A DNA stretch of 64,000 nucleotides from a virus (taxonomy: Duplodnaviria; Heunggongvirae; Uroviricota; Caudoviricetes). The stretch lies in the IMG/VR virus record IMGVR_UViG_3300025316_001100. One strand, given 5' to 3'. Made by a program: the position numbers and the translations under genes. A model generated the notes under the pieces. The model was not told the origin of the DNA and did no database searches. It was given only the letters and a program-made list of their open reading frames with translations. Position 1 is the first letter of the stretch; each line of letters begins with the position of its first letter. This document shows positions 18,131 to 27,027 of the stretch, in pieces.

Positions 18131-18168
18131 AATGAGAAAAAAGCCTCACCCGGCTTGCCGGGTGAGGC
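18131..18168 (-). terminator. Rho-independent terminator (minus: GCCTCACCCGGC-AAGC-CGGGTGAGGC then TTTTTTCTCATTT)
   Basis: Perfect GC stem plus T-run, immediately downstream of the 18182 gene end. Confidence 0.6.
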
Positions 18169-18181
18169 TATGCCTTGACTA

Positions 18182-19267
18182 CTAAACCGCAGCCAATTCG
18201 GCACCTAATGCATCGTCATCGGTAACTTCATCTTGATCTTCATAAAGATCATCATTTTGGGCATCTACGCCAGTTACGCAATTATTAAGATGACAGATGA
18301 TTGTATCAAACTCTTCTCCGTTCCGATCATATTGACGGGATGCAAAAGATCGCAAGGCCGCAGGGCTGTAATGCAGTCCAATTTCATGACCTTGTTTAAT
18401 CGTCTTTTCCATCCAAGCACAAACCGCATCGGCATCGGTACTGTTCAACTTGGGAGCATCGCCTGCCGGGGCAAGAATCAAACGATTCCCACAGCCGCAC
18501 TTTTGAAACGCTCTTGATGCCTCAATGTCAACATAGCTAGGCAGATCGAATCGATCCTTTTTAGCCGTTTCAATTTCCTCTACTGGGGGAAACTCATGTT
18601 GGCAAGAAGGGCAAACCTCTACGGTTCGGCCTACGATGATTTTGCATCCAGGGCATTCTTTTCGCCCACGACCACTCTTATCGTAGACCTCCACCTTTTT
18701 GACAAACTCTTCACTACCGCAAGCACAATGCTTGTGAACAGCCGCCATGAATTGGCTGCACTTGGCACACTGCTTTCGGCCAGGACCAGCTTCGCTATAT
18801 GTCTGGACAGCCTTGGGGGCCTTTGGTTCAACTACTCTCTTAACGAATTCAGTAGAACCACAAGCACACTTTAACAATACGCTGGCAATATACTTGTGAC
18901 AGCCCGCACACTGCTTACGACCCTTGCCCGGCTCCTCATGAAGCTGGATCGGCTTGGGGCCTAGCTGAATCGCTTTCTTAATGAATTCTGTAGACCCACA
19001 AATGCAAGCCTTCAAAATTGCACCCACATACTTGTGGCACTTGCCACACTCTTTTCGGCCTTGGCCCGGCGTGTCATAAGTGTTGATGATTTTCAGCTTT
19101 GGGGCTTTGGGTTCCTTGGGAAGCTTTGGGGCCTTGGGAGCCTTCACTACCTTTGGTGGCCTAGTCCCTCCACCCTTTACGGGGAATTGATAGCCACAGT
19201 AGCACTCCTGAAGACGAACTCCGCACGGTGTACCACATTCCTTGCAAATTTTCTTTCCAACTGGCAT
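18182..19267 (-). CDS. Multi-zinc-ribbon repeat protein (361 aa): four or more tandem units G(R/K)GRK(E/Q)CxxCxxx(10)CxCGSxEFVKK, with a KAPKxPK-rich linker
   Basis: Internal protein repeats are visible directly in the translation; function unknown. Confidence 0.6.
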   Translation of the reverse strand: MPVGKKICKECGTPCGVRLQECYCGYQFPVKGGGTRPPKVVKAPKAPKLPKEPKAPKLKIINTYDTPGQGRKECGKCHKYVGAILKACICGSTEFIKKAIQLGPKPIQLHEEPGKGRKQCAGCHKYIASVLLKCACGSTEFVKRVVEPKAPKAVQTYSEAGPGRKQCAKCSQFMAAVHKHCACGSEEFVKKVEVYDKSGRGRKECPGCKIIVGRTVEVCPSCQHEFPPVEEIETAKKDRFDLPSYVDIEASRAFQKCGCGNRLILAPAGDAPKLNSTDADAVCAWMEKTIKQGHEIGLHYSPAALRSFASRQYDRNGEEFDTIICHLNNCVTGVDAQNDDLYEDQDEVTDDDALGAELAAV

Positions 19268-19306
19268 GTTAAAATTCCTTGTGTAAATGGTGCCTTGAAT
19301 ACTCTC

Positions 19307-19326
19307 TCTTATACACCTGGACTGAC
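19307..19326 (-). promoter_or_regulatory. conserved 20-bp element, copy 7 (minus: GTCAGTCCAGGTGTATAAGA)
   Basis: Its TAA is the stop of ORF 19309..19698 (..VSPGV*). Confidence 0.55.
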
Positions 19327-19698
19327 TTGTTTAGCAAGGTCAGTTTCTTGAGCCAATTGTCGGCCCAGCACCAGCAACCCCTCTCTAGCGGCAAAATATT
19401 CGCCAATCTTAGTCTGGCATTCTGGATGATTTTTACCGATTCGACTAGACACCCAACAACTAGCACAACCAGAGTCCATCATGGCATTAACATATCGCCG
19501 GAACTCCAATGGATACTCGACAGCTAAGCCGATTGACAAAAGTAGCTCCTCTTCGGCATCATGAATTTCTTTCATCAGTTGGGCACAATGATCGGACATT
19601 GCCGTAGAAGGGTCTTTCAACATTTTTTGAGGATTATCCTCAGCAGCATCATGGGCCTTGCTCCACTTAACGATGGTTTCTTTCAAAAAATCATTCAT
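19309..19698 (-). CDS. hypothetical protein (129 aa)
   Basis: ORF. Confidence 0.5.
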   Translation of the reverse strand: MNDFLKETIVKWSKAHDAAEDNPQKMLKDPSTAMSDHCAQLMKEIHDAEEELLLSIGLAVEYPLEFRRYVNAMMDSGCASCWVSSRIGKNHPECQTKIGEYFAAREGLLVLGRQLAQETDLAKQVSPGV

Positions 19699-19886
19699 TT
19701 CATTTCTCTCCCAAGAGCAATACCCTCGGCAAACAGTTTTGCTTTAGGATAGGTGAAAGTTGTTTTGAATGGCCGTGAAGGGTCACCAAAAACAAAACAT
19801 GTAACGCCCATTTCCTTGTAAGCTACAACCGGCAGACCAGAAAGGTCTTGCAGAGTTTTAATTCGATCTGGCAGTATTTCTTTCAT
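19695..19886 (-). CDS. hypothetical protein (63 aa)
   Basis: ORF; ATGA coupling. Confidence 0.45.
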   Translation of the reverse strand: MKEILPDRIKTLQDLSGLPVVAYKEMGVTCFVFGDPSRPFKTTFTYPKAKLFAEGIALGREMK

Positions 19887-19896
19887 CAGTACCCTC

Positions 19897-19933
19897 TATA
19901 AAAAGACCCTGCCCGGCCTTTGGCCGGGCAGGG
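19897..19933 (-). terminator. Rho-independent terminator (minus: CCCTGCCCGGCC-AAAG-GCCGGGCAGGG then TCTTTTTATAG)
   Basis: Perfect stem plus T-run, 15 nt upstream of the 19886 start and downstream of two promoters. Confidence 0.55.
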
Positions 19934-20016
19934 TTGTCCAAGGATACTGGATGCAACTCAATTTTAACCGGGGAGCCTCATTTTGAGACGAAGTGATCCG
20001 GTGCTGCACCCAATAT

Positions 20017-20044
20017 ATTATAGCGTAGCTGGACGCAAATTCAA
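20017..20044 (-). promoter_or_regulatory. sigma70-type promoter TTGAAT-N16-TATAAT (minus)
   Basis: Reverse complement gives TTGAATttgcgtccagctacgcTATAAT. Confidence 0.45.
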
Positions 20045-20085
20045 GTCCCATCTACGCAAATTCTATCATTCTGGCCTTCAGAATG

Positions 20086-20114
20086 ATTATACTACAAATG
20101 GGGTTTCTTGTAAA
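20086..20114 (-). promoter_or_regulatory. sigma70-type promoter TTTACA-N17-(GTAG)TATAAT (minus)
   Basis: Reverse complement gives TTTACAagaaaccccatttgtagTATAAT; no ORF lies before the terminator at 19897-19933. Confidence 0.55.
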
Positions 20115-20123
20115 GATGACCAA

Positions 20124-20330
20124 TTAAGTGTCGATTCCGCCTAAAAGTCGCTCGTCATCGTCATCTTCGACATTGATTTCAAGGTTCAGGGCATCGATCA
20201 TACATTCCAGATCAGACGCCAACTCCTCTAGTGACTCAACAGTTTTGAATTTGCTCACCGACCTGTCACCCATCACCTTATCAATGGCACTCTTGGCATC
20301 CTGCTTTAATTGTTCGTGCTGATTCATCAT
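20124..20330 (-). CDS. hypothetical acidic protein (68 aa)
   Basis: ORF. Confidence 0.4.
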   Translation of the reverse strand: MMNQHEQLKQDAKSAIDKVMGDRSVSKFKTVESLEELASDLECMIDALNLEINVEDDDDERLLGGIDT

Positions 20331-20596
20331 GTCTCCAATTCTGAATCTATATGACCTCGCCTATTTCCATCAATCATGAGTCCATCCGGATTAAAAATAC
20401 ACCCATGAATGACTTCCCAACCTGGAAGTTCGGATTCGGCCCAATCGCAAGCATAGCTAAATGGCATCCGCTTAGGCAATTTATAGGTCATATAACTACC
20501 CGTACTTTCACGCTCCATCCTCACATATTCAACTGCCTGTTTCATTTTCTTTCTCCAATTCAAGAATACCTTTGCCGAAAGGAACATCCTTTTCAT
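20327..20596 (-). CDS. hypothetical protein (89 aa)
   Basis: ORF. Confidence 0.45.
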   Translation of the reverse strand: MKRMFLSAKVFLNWRKKMKQAVEYVRMERESTGSYMTYKLPKRMPFSYACDWAESELPGWEVIHGCIFNPDGLMIDGNRRGHIDSELET

Positions 20597-20669
20597 TCAA
20601 AGGTTCGCAATCACTTGCCAGCACTTGGTGAATTACCCCTCCCACAAGGGGAGGGGCTTCCAATCTAAC

Positions 20670-21893
20670 TTAACTGCTTGTCAATGCGACAAGACTTACA
20701 TTAGAACTCAATTGGCTATCCCCTGCATTCCGCAGGTTCATCATTCTTAAACCTTCGTTTAAGATATTCTTACTCGCATTGTAATCTCTATCGTGAGGCG
20801 TAAAACAATTAAAACAAGTCCAATGGCGTTCTTCCCCTAAATCACGATATCTCCATCCACATTCACTACACAATTGGGAAGATGGAAACCATCGGTCTAT
20901 TTTAATTATTTGTCTTCCATACCACTTTGCTTTATACATCAACTTTTGAACAAATGACGAGAAACAACAATCATTTAATTGGCGATGAAGTAATTTTTCT
21001 CTCCATCGCTTCTCTTTCCTTTTTTCTGGGTCTTTGTTTTTCAGCATTGATTTTACACTTAAATCTTCAATAACTATGACTTGGTTCTCATCAATTATTT
21101 TTTTAGATGTTTTGTGTAAGAAATCTTCACGAACATTACTTTGCTTTACTTTCAACTTATTTAACGCTAATTTACTTTTGTTTCTACGATTGCTTCCTTT
21201 AACTTTTCTGCTAACGGAACGAGCAAGGAAGCGTTCTCTTGACTTATATTTTGTAGTAGCAGGACGAGGATTAGCGAACCTTTCATCCTCACTACTTACA
21301 ATATATTGAACATTAAGGTCTAAACCTACAACTTTAATTACTTTGGGTAATTCTTCTATTTCTTTGACACAAGTAATAGAAACAAAGTATTGATTGGCTT
21401 TGTTTTTGCTAATTGTGGCAAACTCAATTTCACCTTCTAATGGTCGGTGAAGGATGATTGGGATGCCTTCAAGGAACTTCGGTATGACTAATTTATCATC
21501 AATCACTTTAACATTTTGTGGCACACGGAATGACTGCTTGCCGTGTCTTTTCTTAAATCGTGGGAAACCACACTTACCTTTGAATTTGCCTTGTTTCTTT
21601 AACTTACATTTTTCAAAGAAATTATCAAAGCCATTCTGTAATTGGCGTGCTGCGTATTGAAGTGATTGACTACCGACTTCCTTCAACCATTCGTATATTT
21701 GTTTCAATTCAGGAATACTTGTGGCGTTGTCATAATAATTTAATGACTTATGTTCTTCACCTTTATGAGCATCAATGCGAGAACGGAGAAACTGATTATA
21801 CAAAAACCTTACGCAACCAAAGTGTTTGGCTAAAAGTATTTGTTGTTGCTCCGTTGGATACAACCTATATTTATAGGTAAATTGATGCTTCAT
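20670..21893 (-). CDS. tnpB: TnpB/OrfB transposase-associated RNA-guided nuclease family protein (407 aa)
   Basis: N-terminal YKYRLYPTEQQQILLAKHFGCVRFLYNQFL (the OrfB helix-turn-helix signature); C-terminal CSECG...WTCFNCF...DRDYNASKNI (Zn-finger plus the RuvC-III motif). Confidence 0.8.
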   Translation of the reverse strand: MKHQFTYKYRLYPTEQQQILLAKHFGCVRFLYNQFLRSRIDAHKGEEHKSLNYYDNATSIPELKQIYEWLKEVGSQSLQYAARQLQNGFDNFFEKCKLKKQGKFKGKCGFPRFKKRHGKQSFRVPQNVKVIDDKLVIPKFLEGIPIILHRPLEGEIEFATISKNKANQYFVSITCVKEIEELPKVIKVVGLDLNVQYIVSSEDERFANPRPATTKYKSRERFLARSVSRKVKGSNRRNKSKLALNKLKVKQSNVREDFLHKTSKKIIDENQVIVIEDLSVKSMLKNKDPEKRKEKRWREKLLHRQLNDCCFSSFVQKLMYKAKWYGRQIIKIDRWFPSSQLCSECGWRYRDLGEERHWTCFNCFTPHDRDYNASKNILNEGLRMMNLRNAGDSQLSSNVSLVALTSS

Positions 21894-22135
21894 TTGTTGG
21901 GTTTTGTCGCCTTTTTAATTGGATAAACTTGTTCTAACGCCTCTCTTATGAGGTCTGAAAGCGTTAAGTTTTCATTTCTTTCAAGAGACAATTTGTGAGA
22001 CATTTGAGTTAAATGTTCTGCTTGTTCATCTTCAAAATTGACACATATCTTTTTCATACTACAATTATATAGTAATCTAATTATATTTTTCAACACTAAT
22101 TCCAAATTATTTTCACTTATTTTAGTGGCGGGCAT
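21890..22135 (-). CDS. hypothetical protein (81 aa) inside the IS region
   Basis: ORF overlapping the tnpB start by 4 nt; no recognisable TnpA (Y1 or serine) motifs. Confidence 0.3.
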   Translation of the reverse strand: MPATKISENNLELVLKNIIRLLYNCSMKKICVNFEDEQAEHLTQMSHKLSLERNENLTLSDLIREALEQVYPIKKATKPNK

Positions 22136-22407
22136 TCATCCCCTACCACAAGGGTTTGACCTAGTTCGCATTTTCACTCGCTCCGCTCGTTCAACGCTCA
22201 CAGGTCAAACATTTCTGCGAAATGTAGAGGTTTTCTGCCCGCACGACCTATAAAGCATTGGCTTGCCGTCCTTTACTCCTCCAAACCAAATATCACAATG
22301 GCCACGAAACACGCCACCACACGTATCGTTACGGATGATGCAGGCCAATGCGCCATTCGACGGCTTATATCGCACAAAATCACGAATTGTTTGCATTTGA
22401 TTTTCTC

Positions 22408-22653
22408 CTAAAAACTCAACTCACATTGAAGAAGCTTACCTTTTTCATCATGGAAAACATTTGTTGCCATTAAAGAAATTGACAAGCCTCTATGGAATGT
22501 AATTTGATAACAGGACGATCCATCTGTCTCCCATTCAGTTTCGGCATCGTATTCATCAATAGGAATGCCATAAGGCCGAAATAAATCTCTAGCCTGAACA
22601 ACCAACTGTTCGCTGATTTCTCGTTTTTCTTGATCGTCTTGGTTAATCACCAT
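22408..22653 (-). CDS. hypothetical acidic protein (81 aa)
   Basis: ORF. Confidence 0.45.
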   Translation of the reverse strand: MVINQDDQEKREISEQLVVQARDLFRPYGIPIDEYDAETEWETDGSSCYQITFHRGLSISLMATNVFHDEKGKLLQCELSF

Positions 22654-23389
22654 TGTCTAATCCGCTTTCAATAAACCTAGTGACTTCAGTCAAAACTTGC
22701 CGATGTTTAGTGTTGTCAAAGTCTTTTAATTTGACAATAGCAGCCTCCCGTAAACGCACCAATCGAGCATTTTCGACTTCGATTGCTGTCATTTCCGGCA
22801 CCGTTAAATCAATAGGTGTCAAGGTCGCAGGATTAGACTCGCCGGGCCGGGCACTATATGCTGGGCTTTCAACAATGTTGCCGTAGTGTGGAGTAAAAGT
22901 ATCTCCCAACTGCATCATTTTAGGGAAATAAGAATGATAAATATGACCATCATTTTGACGCCGTGACAAATCATGACTCGACCACTTGCCTATCATAGCA
23001 ATAGGTTTCAACACATTGCCCTGACGACCCTCTTTATCTTCTCCGTAAACAACTTCACAACGAACAAAGTTTTCAAAACCATTATTGTAATGAAGAATCT
23101 GACCGACCTTTAGATTGGCATAAAAAGAATCTTGAACGCTCATGGACTGCTCGAACATCCGTTCCATGCCGACCGATGCAAGAATTTCTTTGGACGTAAA
23201 CACCTTACGGGTTCCGGCCCAATCACTATCGATTTCTGTGCCGTCTTGCAACTTGAATTTCTCATTAACGATTGCACACATCCATACTCCGCTACCCTTG
23301 GACAGCTTTACCTCCCATAGGGGATTACTATCGGCATAGTGATACCGAAAACGCATACCCTTACTAACTCGCTTACTAACAGTCTTCAT
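22643..23389 (-). CDS. hypothetical protein (248 aa)
   Basis: ORF. Confidence 0.55.
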   Translation of the reverse strand: MKTVSKRVSKGMRFRYHYADSNPLWEVKLSKGSGVWMCAIVNEKFKLQDGTEIDSDWAGTRKVFTSKEILASVGMERMFEQSMSVQDSFYANLKVGQILHYNNGFENFVRCEVVYGEDKEGRQGNVLKPIAMIGKWSSHDLSRRQNDGHIYHSYFPKMMQLGDTFTPHYGNIVESPAYSARPGESNPATLTPIDLTVPEMTAIEVENARLVRLREAAIVKLKDFDNTKHRQVLTEVTRFIESGLDNGD

Positions 23390-23410
23390 ATTATTGGTCC
23401 TTTCATCTTC

Positions 23411-23430
23411 CTCTTATACACCTGGACTCA
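23411..23430 (-). promoter_or_regulatory. conserved 20-bp element, copy 8 (minus: GTGAGTCCAGGTGTATAAGA)
   Basis: Followed by GGAAGATGAAAGGACCAATAATATG; its TAA is the stop of 23414..23647. Confidence 0.55.
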
Positions 23431-23647
23431 CGGCATTAAGTTGCCTAACAGCAGAAGCACTCCAACGACCAATATCGCCAACCTCGTTCCAACCACATGT
23501 ATCATCTGGATCATTTTGAGACAAACGTACAATTCGATCACTTCCTCTAGCACCAACCAAGACCCCTTTAACCTCACGCTTACATCCTGGTCCCTCAGTG
23601 CGAGTTAGACTTCCACGTTCAATTATAACTGGTGTACCGAATTTCAT
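23414..23647 (-). CDS. hypothetical protein (77 aa)
   Basis: ORF ending ..VSPGV*. Confidence 0.4.
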   Translation of the reverse strand: MKFGTPVIIERGSLTRTEGPGCKREVKGVLVGARGSDRIVRLSQNDPDDTCGWNEVGDIGRWSASAVRQLNAVSPGV

Positions 23648-23783
23648 ATTTATCTCCTATAATAAAAGTGGCAGCCTCCGGTCTACTACCCTCGACGCCC
23701 TTACGGACGAACCGGAGGCCCTTATCAACACCATTCTGGCAAACCAGTGGTGGGGTGAGGCTCACACGGCCACTATTTCAATC

Positions 23784-24119
23784 TTACCCGCATTTTTGCT
23801 TACGCACCTTATTCGCTGTCTTTACTTCACCTAGACGTTCCAGTTCAAAACAAAGCGTGGTAATGGCAACTTTATAATGAATAATTTCATTCATAATCTG
23901 CTTGACTCTAGGATTGATGGTGAACTGTTCCACCTTGCGTGCTAACGCCTTAGCAGATCTTGGCGTTCGATCCATCTTCAAAAAGACTTCTACCAAATCC
24001 ATGTCGCCACATTCACCACGGGCAATCTTACCGGCCGTACAATAGCCACAACAAGTATTGTGGTCCAATCGATAAGCCAAATGACCCTTTTGATCTTCAT
24101 TCAATTCAGAGATTTTCAT
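23784..24119 (-). CDS. hypothetical protein (111 aa), Cys-rich
   Basis: ORF. Confidence 0.5.
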   Translation of the reverse strand: MKISELNEDQKGHLAYRLDHNTCCGYCTAGKIARGECGDMDLVEVFLKMDRTPRSAKALARKVEQFTINPRVKQIMNEIIHYKVAITTLCFELERLGEVKTANKVRKQKCG

Positions 24120-24400
24120 CCTGCCGCCCTCGCTAATCTCATGTGTTTAATCTTCTCAATATCTACTACGATTTCATGCATGAGAGCAACAGCCTTACTA
24201 GCAATGTGATACGCTCCTGGCTCTTCTTCTTTCATATCCTGCAAATAATTGATGATTACTGCCACCGAAGCATCAATTGAACTGGTTTCTGGCGCAGTAC
24301 CAATGAGCCGCTTACGTTTCGCTTTAGGAGGCACAACCGCCACAGGCGGTTGTGCCTCTTGTGGCGGAAGTGACGGAATTTCAAACATCAAATCGTCCAT
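24116..24400 (-). CDS. hypothetical protein (94 aa)
   Basis: ORF; ATGA coupling. Confidence 0.5.
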   Translation of the reverse strand: MDDLMFEIPSLPPQEAQPPVAVVPPKAKRKRLIGTAPETSSIDASVAVIINYLQDMKEEEPGAYHIASKAVALMHEIVVDIEKIKHMRLARAAG

Positions 24401-25278
24401 TATTCATCACTCCAACGATTTTGTCTCTGTTCACGAAAGGTTCGCAATTGGTAAAGCTGATCTTCCATTGCCTTCATTAATTCCGTCATGGCAGGATCAA
24501 GATCATTGACTTCATATTTACGATCCACCAACACTCTAGCAACCCTTTTACCCAGTTCGGCATTAAGACACGCACACACATCGCCGTGACCCATATATTT
24601 CACATCGAACTTGGGCCGTTCTACTTCTGGACACTCATCACTTGAACGCTTTGCCCGTTTCTTAATTGCTTTAGTGGGATTTTGCAATCTGCACACTAGG
24701 GCGTCCAAACTCTCTTCAAAAGGATGCCCATTCTTATTTCTTTGAGAAACTACAGTTGCCAACGCACTACAAAATCGTTCATTAGCAATAATGTATAAAC
24801 GACCATAAAATGATCGAATGTCGTACAACATATCAGATACTTTATCCTGTTCTTGTCGCAACGCATAAAGCACTTCTTCTGATTGTTGAAGCAAATTGAA
24901 CAGTGGCGGTTCAAAATAACCGTTTTCTTCTTGTCGATCTTCCAGAACTGACATGATACGTCTAGTCAAATCTGTCGTCATGCCAATTACTGCATAGCGA
25001 ATGAAAACAGGCTGAACATCGAATTCTTCTGTTGCAACATCCGTTCGACGTTTCTTGCCAATAGATTCAATGTCACTCAGCTTATCGGCCAGCAAATCCA
25101 ATTCATCTTCAATCGGACCAGAAAGTCTCTTACGTTGATCCAAAGCTTTTGCAAACAGTTCACAGAAATTTTGATTTGCCAGCAAAAAAGCACGATTGTT
25201 AAATGGCCGGATATTAAATACCGGCTTGCGCTCAGTGGGCTGAATTTGTTCCATCATAGGTGTATCCCCTCTGACCAA
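24400..25278 (-). CDS. hypothetical protein (292 aa)
   Basis: ORF. Confidence 0.55.
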   Translation of the reverse strand: MVRGDTPMMEQIQPTERKPVFNIRPFNNRAFLLANQNFCELFAKALDQRKRLSGPIEDELDLLADKLSDIESIGKKRRTDVATEEFDVQPVFIRYAVIGMTTDLTRRIMSVLEDRQEENGYFEPPLFNLLQQSEEVLYALRQEQDKVSDMLYDIRSFYGRLYIIANERFCSALATVVSQRNKNGHPFEESLDALVCRLQNPTKAIKKRAKRSSDECPEVERPKFDVKYMGHGDVCACLNAELGKRVARVLVDRKYEVNDLDPAMTELMKAMEDQLYQLRTFREQRQNRWSDE

Positions 25279-25642
25279 TTTTTACCTTCGGTTTAATCTT
25301 CCAAAAACCACGAATGGCCTCTGGTGTGGTGTCCCAATCCCTGATGTAATGTAAAAATGCCTGTTTCCATTCTTCTGGCAATATACTCCACTCAACACGC
25401 TTCATTCCCCATTGCTGCAAATATCCATCCGAAACAGATGTGCCGCAAAGTGACGGATTGGAACTGGAATAAACATTAGCAATTGCATCCCAGTTTCCCG
25501 CTCCGCTTCTACCATTTTCCACCAGGACCATTACATATGATCCCTCACGTTCACGGTATAAACGACACTCTTCTTTTGATCTAGGCCAACCCATTATTAT
25601 TGCACCTTTTTGATTTGATTGCAGGTGGGCCAATTCGAGCAA
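25232..25642 (-). CDS. hypothetical protein (136 aa)
   Basis: ORF. Confidence 0.5.
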   Translation of the reverse strand: MLELAHLQSNQKGAIIMGWPRSKEECRLYREREGSYVMVLVENGRSGAGNWDAIANVYSSSNPSLCGTSVSDGYLQQWGMKRVEWSILPEEWKQAFLHYIRDWDTTPEAIRGFWKIKPKVKIGQRGYTYDGTNSAH

Positions 25643-26046
25643 CCGAAAAAATCTCCGTATGGACCCTTACGCTTCACCATAGGGACTCCACACTTGGGAC
25701 ATGTATGCTCTGGCAAGTTCTCTTCCCATGAATTCAATCGGTTTTGAAGATTATTCTTCCACCCGCCAACTCGGTGAACTCTTTTTGATCCACCTAGTTT
25801 TATAATTTTGCCATCCGGCAGTCTTACAAACAAATTAATTCTGATTGCATCCTCACCCACAGCACGGGATTCGCCACTTGGCCAAATACCCGTGTAAACC
25901 CTAAGACTCAATATTAGACCTTCATGGTCAACTCGCTTGCCATAAACAAGCTCAGTCGTTCCAGGTAAAGGAAGTGCCTTAAATCCCTGGGGAACAAGGA
26001 ACGCTTCCATATCTTCTTTTGAAATGTTTGTATACGTAGCAGCCAT
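25597..26046 (-). CDS. Protein with a C-terminal topoisomerase-type C4 zinc ribbon (149 aa)
   Basis: CPKCGVPMVKRKGPYGDFFGCSNWPTCN matches the zf-C4 topoisomerase DNA-binding ribbon pattern. Confidence 0.55.
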   Translation of the reverse strand: MAATYTNISKEDMEAFLVPQGFKALPLPGTTELVYGKRVDHEGLILSLRVYTGIWPSGESRAVGEDAIRINLFVRLPDGKIIKLGGSKRVHRVGGWKNNLQNRLNSWEENLPEHTCPKCGVPMVKRKGPYGDFFGCSNWPTCNQIKKVQ

Positions 26047-26070
26047 GATATTTCCTTCTTGATATAAAAG

Positions 26071-26099
26071 ATTATACTACGAAATAAAGCTTTGTAAAC
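26071..26099 (-). promoter_or_regulatory. sigma70-type promoter TTTACA-N17-(GTAG)TATAAT (minus)
   Basis: Reverse complement gives TTTACAaagctttatttcgtagTATAAT. Confidence 0.6.
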
Positions 26100-26281
26100 T
26101 AACTTTTTTCGTAGGGCACAGATGTAACATCCTTAATTGCAATATCTAGCCCTTCAATATTTAGAAGTACAAAATCTCCATCTTGGGGCTGGGGATCTTG
26201 GCCGTGTGAACATGTGGTACGCACAACGCCATTATAGGTTCTACCAGCCAACGTCCAGCTAATCTTCCCACCTACGTTCAT
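26099..26281 (-). CDS. hypothetical protein (60 aa)
   Basis: ORF. Confidence 0.35.
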   Translation of the reverse strand: MNVGGKISWTLAGRTYNGVVRTTCSHGQDPQPQDGDFVLLNIEGLDIAIKDVTSVPYEKS

Positions 26282-26462
26282 TTGAATATTTCCTTTAGAA
26301 TCATGAACATTAGACCAACACAGATAGCAACACCGCCAATCATTACGATACCTGTAATGGCATATACGATTAGCCCAATTAAAAACGTGGGATTCATCAC
26401 CAAAATCAAAACCAAGATGATGCCTGCTATTCCCACTAACACCTTACCTTCTTCTCCCACGA

Positions 26463-26723
26463 TTATCCCTTTCCTGAAAAGACACATATTGCTGCAACGA
26501 TCAATACGATAACCATAATGACTTGCATGAAACACGTGCCAAGAAACAAACTGATTATCCATTCAAACGGGCCTAGCAAAAAGACCAAGACTAATACAAC
26601 AGCCAAGATCATTAGAACTGCATTAGCCTCTCCGCTTGCAGCACCCTTACGCTTATTCTTCATGTTAATAGTCCTCTCGATCATAACGATCCATAGGATC
26701 GTATTCAGGACCGTCGTTGTCAC
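26463..26723 (-). CDS. small membrane protein (86 aa, 2 TM helices)
   Basis: Hydrophobic ORF. The adjacent track ORF 26278..26562 (also TM) overlaps it by 100 nt and probably starts at an internal Met. Confidence 0.45.
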   Translation of the reverse strand: MTTTVLNTILWIVMIERTINMKNKRKGAASGEANAVLMILAVVLVLVFLLGPFEWIISLFLGTCFMQVIMVIVLIVAAICVFSGKG

Positions 26724-27027
26724 AGTAATCGGGATCGCCCTCGACAGCCGTGGCAGTCAATGTCAGGATGTTGCCCTTCAATTCACGATCCCATGTCACG
26801 GACAAAATGCCATTCGGCAAATCAATGTCCAATTCGCTCACGAAATCGTCAGCACATTCGTTGTACCAACCAATCTCTTCATCGGTCAATTCAATCTGAA
26901 CTTCTCCATCCAAACCAGCTAAAAAATCGTAGCTAGGCAGAGGCCCAGCCCCAGCATTGGATGGGTAGTCCCCAGGATCATCCCAACGATCCATTTCAAC
27001 TTCCAACGTATTCTTAATCGTCTTCAT
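26665..27027 (-). CDS. hypothetical highly acidic protein (120 aa)
   Basis: ORF. Confidence 0.45.
   Translation of the reverse strand: MKTIKNTLEVEMDRWDDPGDYPSNAGAGPLPSYDFLAGLDGEVQIELTDEEIGWYNECADDFVSELDIDLPNGILSVTWDRELKGNILTLTATAVEGDPDYCDNDGPEYDPMDRYDREDY

Larger units (their letters stand above)
20600..22230 (-). mobile_element. IS200/IS605-family (IS1341-like, TnpB-only) insertion element; approximate ends
   Basis: AT-rich island with a composition shift against the flanks. It carries the TnpB ORF, a perfect GC hairpin CCCCTCCC-ACAA-GGGGAGGGG at 20627-20647 just 3' of tnpB, and a subterminal inverted repeat GTTTGACCT...AGGTCAAAC at about 22163-22215. Confidence 0.55.

Noticed and set aside
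19990-20050. tRNA fragment on the plus strand (..GCGTAGCTGGACGCAAATTCAAGTCCCATCTACGCA)
   Set aside because: Only a T-loop-like hairpin closed by a 6-bp stem, about 36 nt in all, is present, with no D or anticodon arms. It is recorded as part of the orphan transcript finding rather than as a tRNA gene.
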